Source: Candidatus Sumerlaeales bacterium (GTDB taxonomy: Bacteria; Sumerlaeota; Sumerlaeia; Sumerlaeales; Sumerlaeaceae). From it: DNA of 19,764 nt. The notes under the pieces are model-generated. The model was not told where the DNA came from. It worked only from the letters and a program-made list of their open reading frames with translations, and searched no databases. This document shows, one piece after another, positions 16,803 to 19,764 of the stretch (position 1 is its first letter; every line of letters begins with the position of its first letter). The position numbers and the translations under genes are program-made. The stretch spans positions 1 to 19,764 of the forward strand of contig JBBSQY010000058.1 in assembly GCA_038243585.1 (NCBI GenBank). The letters are read 5' to 3'.

Positions 16803-18083
16803 TTATCGAAACAGCGCGTAGGGGTAGCCGGGCTTCAGGATGAAGCTGTCTACGATGTCGGAGAATGCTTTGTTTTGCTCAAAGAACCGGTAGAAGGCGG
16901 AGTGGAAACCGTAGAGGCGTTCCACGTGGCCGATGGCTTCATCCCATTGAGCATCGGTGGGCGGTTTATCTCCACCGGCCAGGGCGGCGGCGTACCAGGG
17001 GATGAGAGCGGCGTTGAGAGCCAGCAGTCGGACTCGCCGGGTCAGATCGCCGGACAGGGCGAGATCTTTTCGGAAGACGCAGTGGCTGAGATAGCGGGAA
17101 ATCTGGTTAGCGGCGTAGCCAGTGTCCGGCACAACCGCCTGGTCGATTTGCACGCGGTTGAGGGTTGCGTCAATGGGCTGCAACGTCACCCGGCCCAGAC
17201 CCGCTGCGTGTCGGACGTATTGCCCCACGACTCCGGCAACAGTGCTCAGTCGACCCTGCCCGCGCCGGTGCAGGGTGTTGGCGAAGCTGGTGAACATCCC
17301 CAGAAACATGCGCCGCGACCGCGCGGCGGGGGGCGTTTGTTTGTGGGCGAGACGCAGAATCGGCGCGTAATTGCCGGCGCGCATGGCGGTTGTTATCTGC
17401 AAAATAGATATTGGTTCTGCGGACTCGTTCGCCTGTCCGGCAAGCATTTGATCAATGAAGCCGGGGATGAGGCAGCAGGCGATGATACGCACCGGTAGCG
17501 GTTCGTCCTGTATTGAAAGCAGATCGGTCAGCGTCGATTCTATTTCGAGGTAATCCGCCCATGAAAGCGTAACGCGGGCGTTAAGCGGGATCGCGTTCGG
17601 TGTGGCGCGGATGCTTCCGGTGGCGCGGTATCGGGTTTGCAACTGATCCGATTGTTCTGTAACGAGGACGCCCCTGTTGCCGCGCACTGAGGGACAGACG
17701 AATGACAGCCCGACGTAGACACCGTCGGGGGTTTCCACATAACGCCAGGGGAAATCCTGGCATACCCGCGGCTTGGCCGCTTCGCCAGCCAGGGCGTGGA
17801 TGGCACAGAGTTTCTCAGAAGTCAGCATTGAACACTCGCCGCACGCCTTCCGGGCGATCTTTTGCGGAGGCGGGGCGGCGGGATTATCGACGGCAATCAT
17901 GAAATCCGCCGGGTTATTGGCGACGCGATTGATGTTAGCCGAATCAAAGGAGGAGAGTGTCGCCGCTACTCCGGCATCTACAGGAATCGTGTCGAAAACG
18001 TTACAGCACACGCCCTCGTTGTGACAGGTGTAGGCCATGCCTTCGGGCAGGTGAAGAATGACGGTGTCGTTGGTCGATGGCAA
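16803..18083 (-). CDS. YkgJ-family cysteine-cluster protein, FliB (flagellin lysine N-methylase)-like
   Basis: YTCHNEGVCC, CSMLTSEKLCAIH, KPRVCQDFP and LSFVCP match the YkgJ/FliB Cys pattern, followed by a long helical C-terminal region. TTG start. Confidence 0.75.
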   Translation of the reverse strand: MPSTNDTVILHLPEGMAYTCHNEGVCCNVFDTIPVDAGVAATLSSFDSANINRVANNPADFMIAVDNPAAPPPQKIARKACGECSMLTSEKLCAIHALAGEAAKPRVCQDFPWRYVETPDGVYVGLSFVCPSVRGNRGVLVTEQSDQLQTRYRATGSIRATPNAIPLNARVTLSWADYLEIESTLTDLLSIQDEPLPVRIIACCLIPGFIDQMLAGQANESAEPISILQITTAMRAGNYAPILRLAHKQTPPAARSRRMFLGMFTSFANTLHRRGQGRLSTVAGVVGQYVRHAAGLGRVTLQPIDATLNRVQIDQAVVPDTGYAANQISRYLSHCVFRKDLALSGDLTRRVRLLALNAALIPWYAAALAGGDKPPTDAQWDEAIGHVERLYGFHSAFYRFFEQNKAFSDIVDSFILKPGYPYALFR

Positions 18084-18181
18084 AAGAAGATCCCCTGTGA
18101 CTTCGGTTTCGCTGCCCGATAATCTATTGTCCTGGCGGCGGCGAATTTATGTTTTACGGCAACTGTGCAAAGTCATCAGCC

Positions 18182-19210
18182 ATGATGCCGCCTCCTCGAT
18201 TAAGCGTAATCATCCCTGCCCGCAACGCGGCGCATTATCTGGCGCAGACGCTGCCGGCGCTGAAGAGCGCGTGGGCAGACGATTATGAACTGATTGTCGT
18301 AGATGATCACAGCACGGATGAGACGGCGCAGGTAGCTGAGCAATATGGCGCGAAGGTGGTGCGGCTCGAGGCGGGCCTGGCTTCGGCGGCGGAGGACGGC
18401 TCGGCGAGCCATCCCTACCCGGCTTGGGGGGCATCTGCGGCGAGGAACGCCGGGGTGGCGGCGACGCGGGGAGATGTGCTACTCTTTCTGGATGCGGACG
18501 TTGAGGTGCATCCGGATACGCTGCGCCTGCTTCTAAGCTCGCTGGACGCGCGCCCGGACATCGCCGCGGTTTTTGGATCTTATGACGATAAGCCGGTCGA
18601 TCGTCATACCGTTTCAACATTTAAAAATCTGATGCACCATTATGTCCATCAACACGGCAATGCAGACGCCGCTACCTTCTGGACCGGGTGCGGGGCGGTT
18701 CGCCGTGAGGTTTTTCACGCCATCGGCCCCTTTAACCATGCCAGTCTGGTTTGCGCGGAAGACATTGACTATGGCCACCGCCTGCGCGACGCTGGATACC
18801 ACGTCTGGCTGCGGTGCGACATCCAATGCAAGCACCTTAAACGGTGGACGCTGTGGAATATGGTGCGGACGGACGTGATGCAGCGGGGGATACCGTGGAC
18901 GGTAATGATGCTGCGGCGGGGCAGGGTGGACAGCGATCTGAACCTGGGATGGAGACATCGAGTCAGCGCAGCTACTGTGGTGGGTATCGTAGCAACGCTA
19001 ATGTCTTCTATCCTTTGGCGCTCGGGTATTATCGCTGTGGCGGCGTTGATACTGTTTCTTCTTCTCGTGCAGAAGGAATTTTACATGTTCCTCGCAACGC
19101 GGAGGGGTTGGTGGTTTGCGATGCGATGTTTGCCATTACACATACTTTATTATTGCTACAGCCTGGTGGCGTTAGCGGCTGGTGTCCTTGTGCATGTTGT
19201 TAAAAGGTAG
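18182..19210 (+). CDS. Glycosyltransferase family 2 (GT-A) with C-terminal TM helices
   Basis: LSVIIPARN, ELIVVDDHSTD, AARNAG, FLDAD (DxD) and AEDIDYG. Start at ATG 18182 or 18185; the ORF track starts at 18149. Confidence 0.92.
   Translation: MMPPPRLSVIIPARNAAHYLAQTLPALKSAWADDYELIVVDDHSTDETAQVAEQYGAKVVRLEAGLASAAEDGSASHPYPAWGASAARNAGVAATRGDVLLFLDADVEVHPDTLRLLLSSLDARPDIAAVFGSYDDKPVDRHTVSTFKNLMHHYVHQHGNADAATFWTGCGAVRREVFHAIGPFNHASLVCAEDIDYGHRLRDAGYHVWLRCDIQCKHLKRWTLWNMVRTDVMQRGIPWTVMMLRRGRVDSDLNLGWRHRVSAATVVGIVATLMSSILWRSGIIAVAALILFLLLVQKEFYMFLATRRGWWFAMRCLPLHILYYCYSLVALAAGVLVHVVKR
18394..18419 (-). repeat. REP-like palindrome, family B, copy inside the GT2 coding sequence
   Basis: GGACGGCTCGGCGAGCCATCCCTACC, 26/26 identical to 16750-16775, translated as (E)DGSASHPY(P). 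Confidence 0.8.
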
Positions 19211-19548
19211 AACAGCAGCCGTAGATGTAAATGTTTAACGCGGAGACGGGGTGGCGAGTTGAGCATTTATAGCCGCTTGTAACTTAAAGCCCATAAAAAT
19301 GCATTAAATTACATTTTGCACTTGAATATTGAATTAACAGCGGCTCTGGTCGTTTTGTATAGCGTGAGGAAAAATCGCCAGGGCACCGGCGGTGATTATG
19401 ATTGCCTCTGGTAGCATCTGTAGCAACTGAACCAAGACATGTGGCTTGCCGGTTGAAGCAGGGTTCCCGGCATGCAGCACATATTCGGTGTTCCCCGTAA
19501 CAATAAACAGTGGAAGCAAGAAGTTGCTTTCAGAAGGAGAGGCATATC

Positions 19549-19752
19549 ATGCCTAACGGAACCGTGAAGTGGTTCAACGATGCGAAGGGCTACGGCTTTA
19601 TTACGCAGGAGGGTGGCCCGGACTTGTTCGTGCATCACTCCAACATCGACGGTCAGGGTTTCAAAACCTTGAGCGAAGGTGAGCCTGTTACGTTTGAAGT
19701 GGCTGATGGACCTAAGGGTCTTCAGGCTACAAATGTACGTCGTGGCGCTTAA
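19549..19752 (+). CDS. Cold-shock protein (CspA family)
   Basis: 67 aa [18 protein letters not shown]...DLFVHHS...[10 protein letters not shown] with RNP1 and RNP2 motifs. ATG 19549 follows AAGGAGAGG. The paralog letter cannot be assigned. Confidence 0.97.
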   Translation: MPNGTVKWFNDAKGYGFITQEGGPDLFVHHSNIDGQGFKTLSEGEPVTFEVADGPKGLQATNVRRGA

Positions 19753-19764
19753 CAGCACCCGTCA

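Noticed and set aside
15108..17498. Long ORFs 15108..15929 (-) and 16746..17498 (+)
   Set aside because: They overlap well-supported genes (hydrolase, rhomboid, YkgJ-like) and have no motifs.
16750..18419. The two identical 26-mers as CRISPR repeats or as ends of a mobile element carrying the YkgJ-like gene
   Set aside because: They are 1.6 kb apart with no spacer array, cas gene or transposase. The enclosed segment includes the intact GT2 N-terminus, which does not fit a discrete element.
19396..19758. 120-aa minus-strand ORF, and the 13-codon N-terminal extension of the Csp ORF from 19510
   Set aside because: The first is an antisense shadow of the cold-shock gene. The strong RBS and family length fix the Csp start at 19549.

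Overview
Bacterial chromosomal window made mostly of housekeeping and metabolic genes, with no prophage, transposase, CRISPR array, tRNA or rRNA. Left to right: a GH57/DUF3536 glycoside hydrolase that runs off the left edge (missed by the ORF track) coupled to treZ; a lone PhnD-like substrate-binding protein; an SRP RNA (ffs) with a non-canonical UGAC tetraloop; a GT4 glycosyltransferase; a thioredoxin-like lipoprotein; nusA with a long acidic tail; two hypothetical exported proteins; rpsT; a degenerate exported DUF255/YyaL protein; an FTR1 iron permease; a sulfatase; an alpha/beta hydrolase; a rhomboid protease; a YkgJ/FliB-like cysteine-cluster protein; a GT2 glycosyltransferase; and a cold-shock protein. 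The most notable observations are non-coding. (1) The SRP RNA has UGAC in place of GNRA. (2) nusA has lost its usual neighbours rimP and infB but keeps a rimP-leader-type terminator, preceded by an apparently multi-stem leader RNA. (3) A 26-bp GTAG-type REP occurs once between genes and once, identically and in frame, inside the GT2 gene. I see no clear novel multi-gene system. All calls come from reading motifs by eye; no database searches were run.
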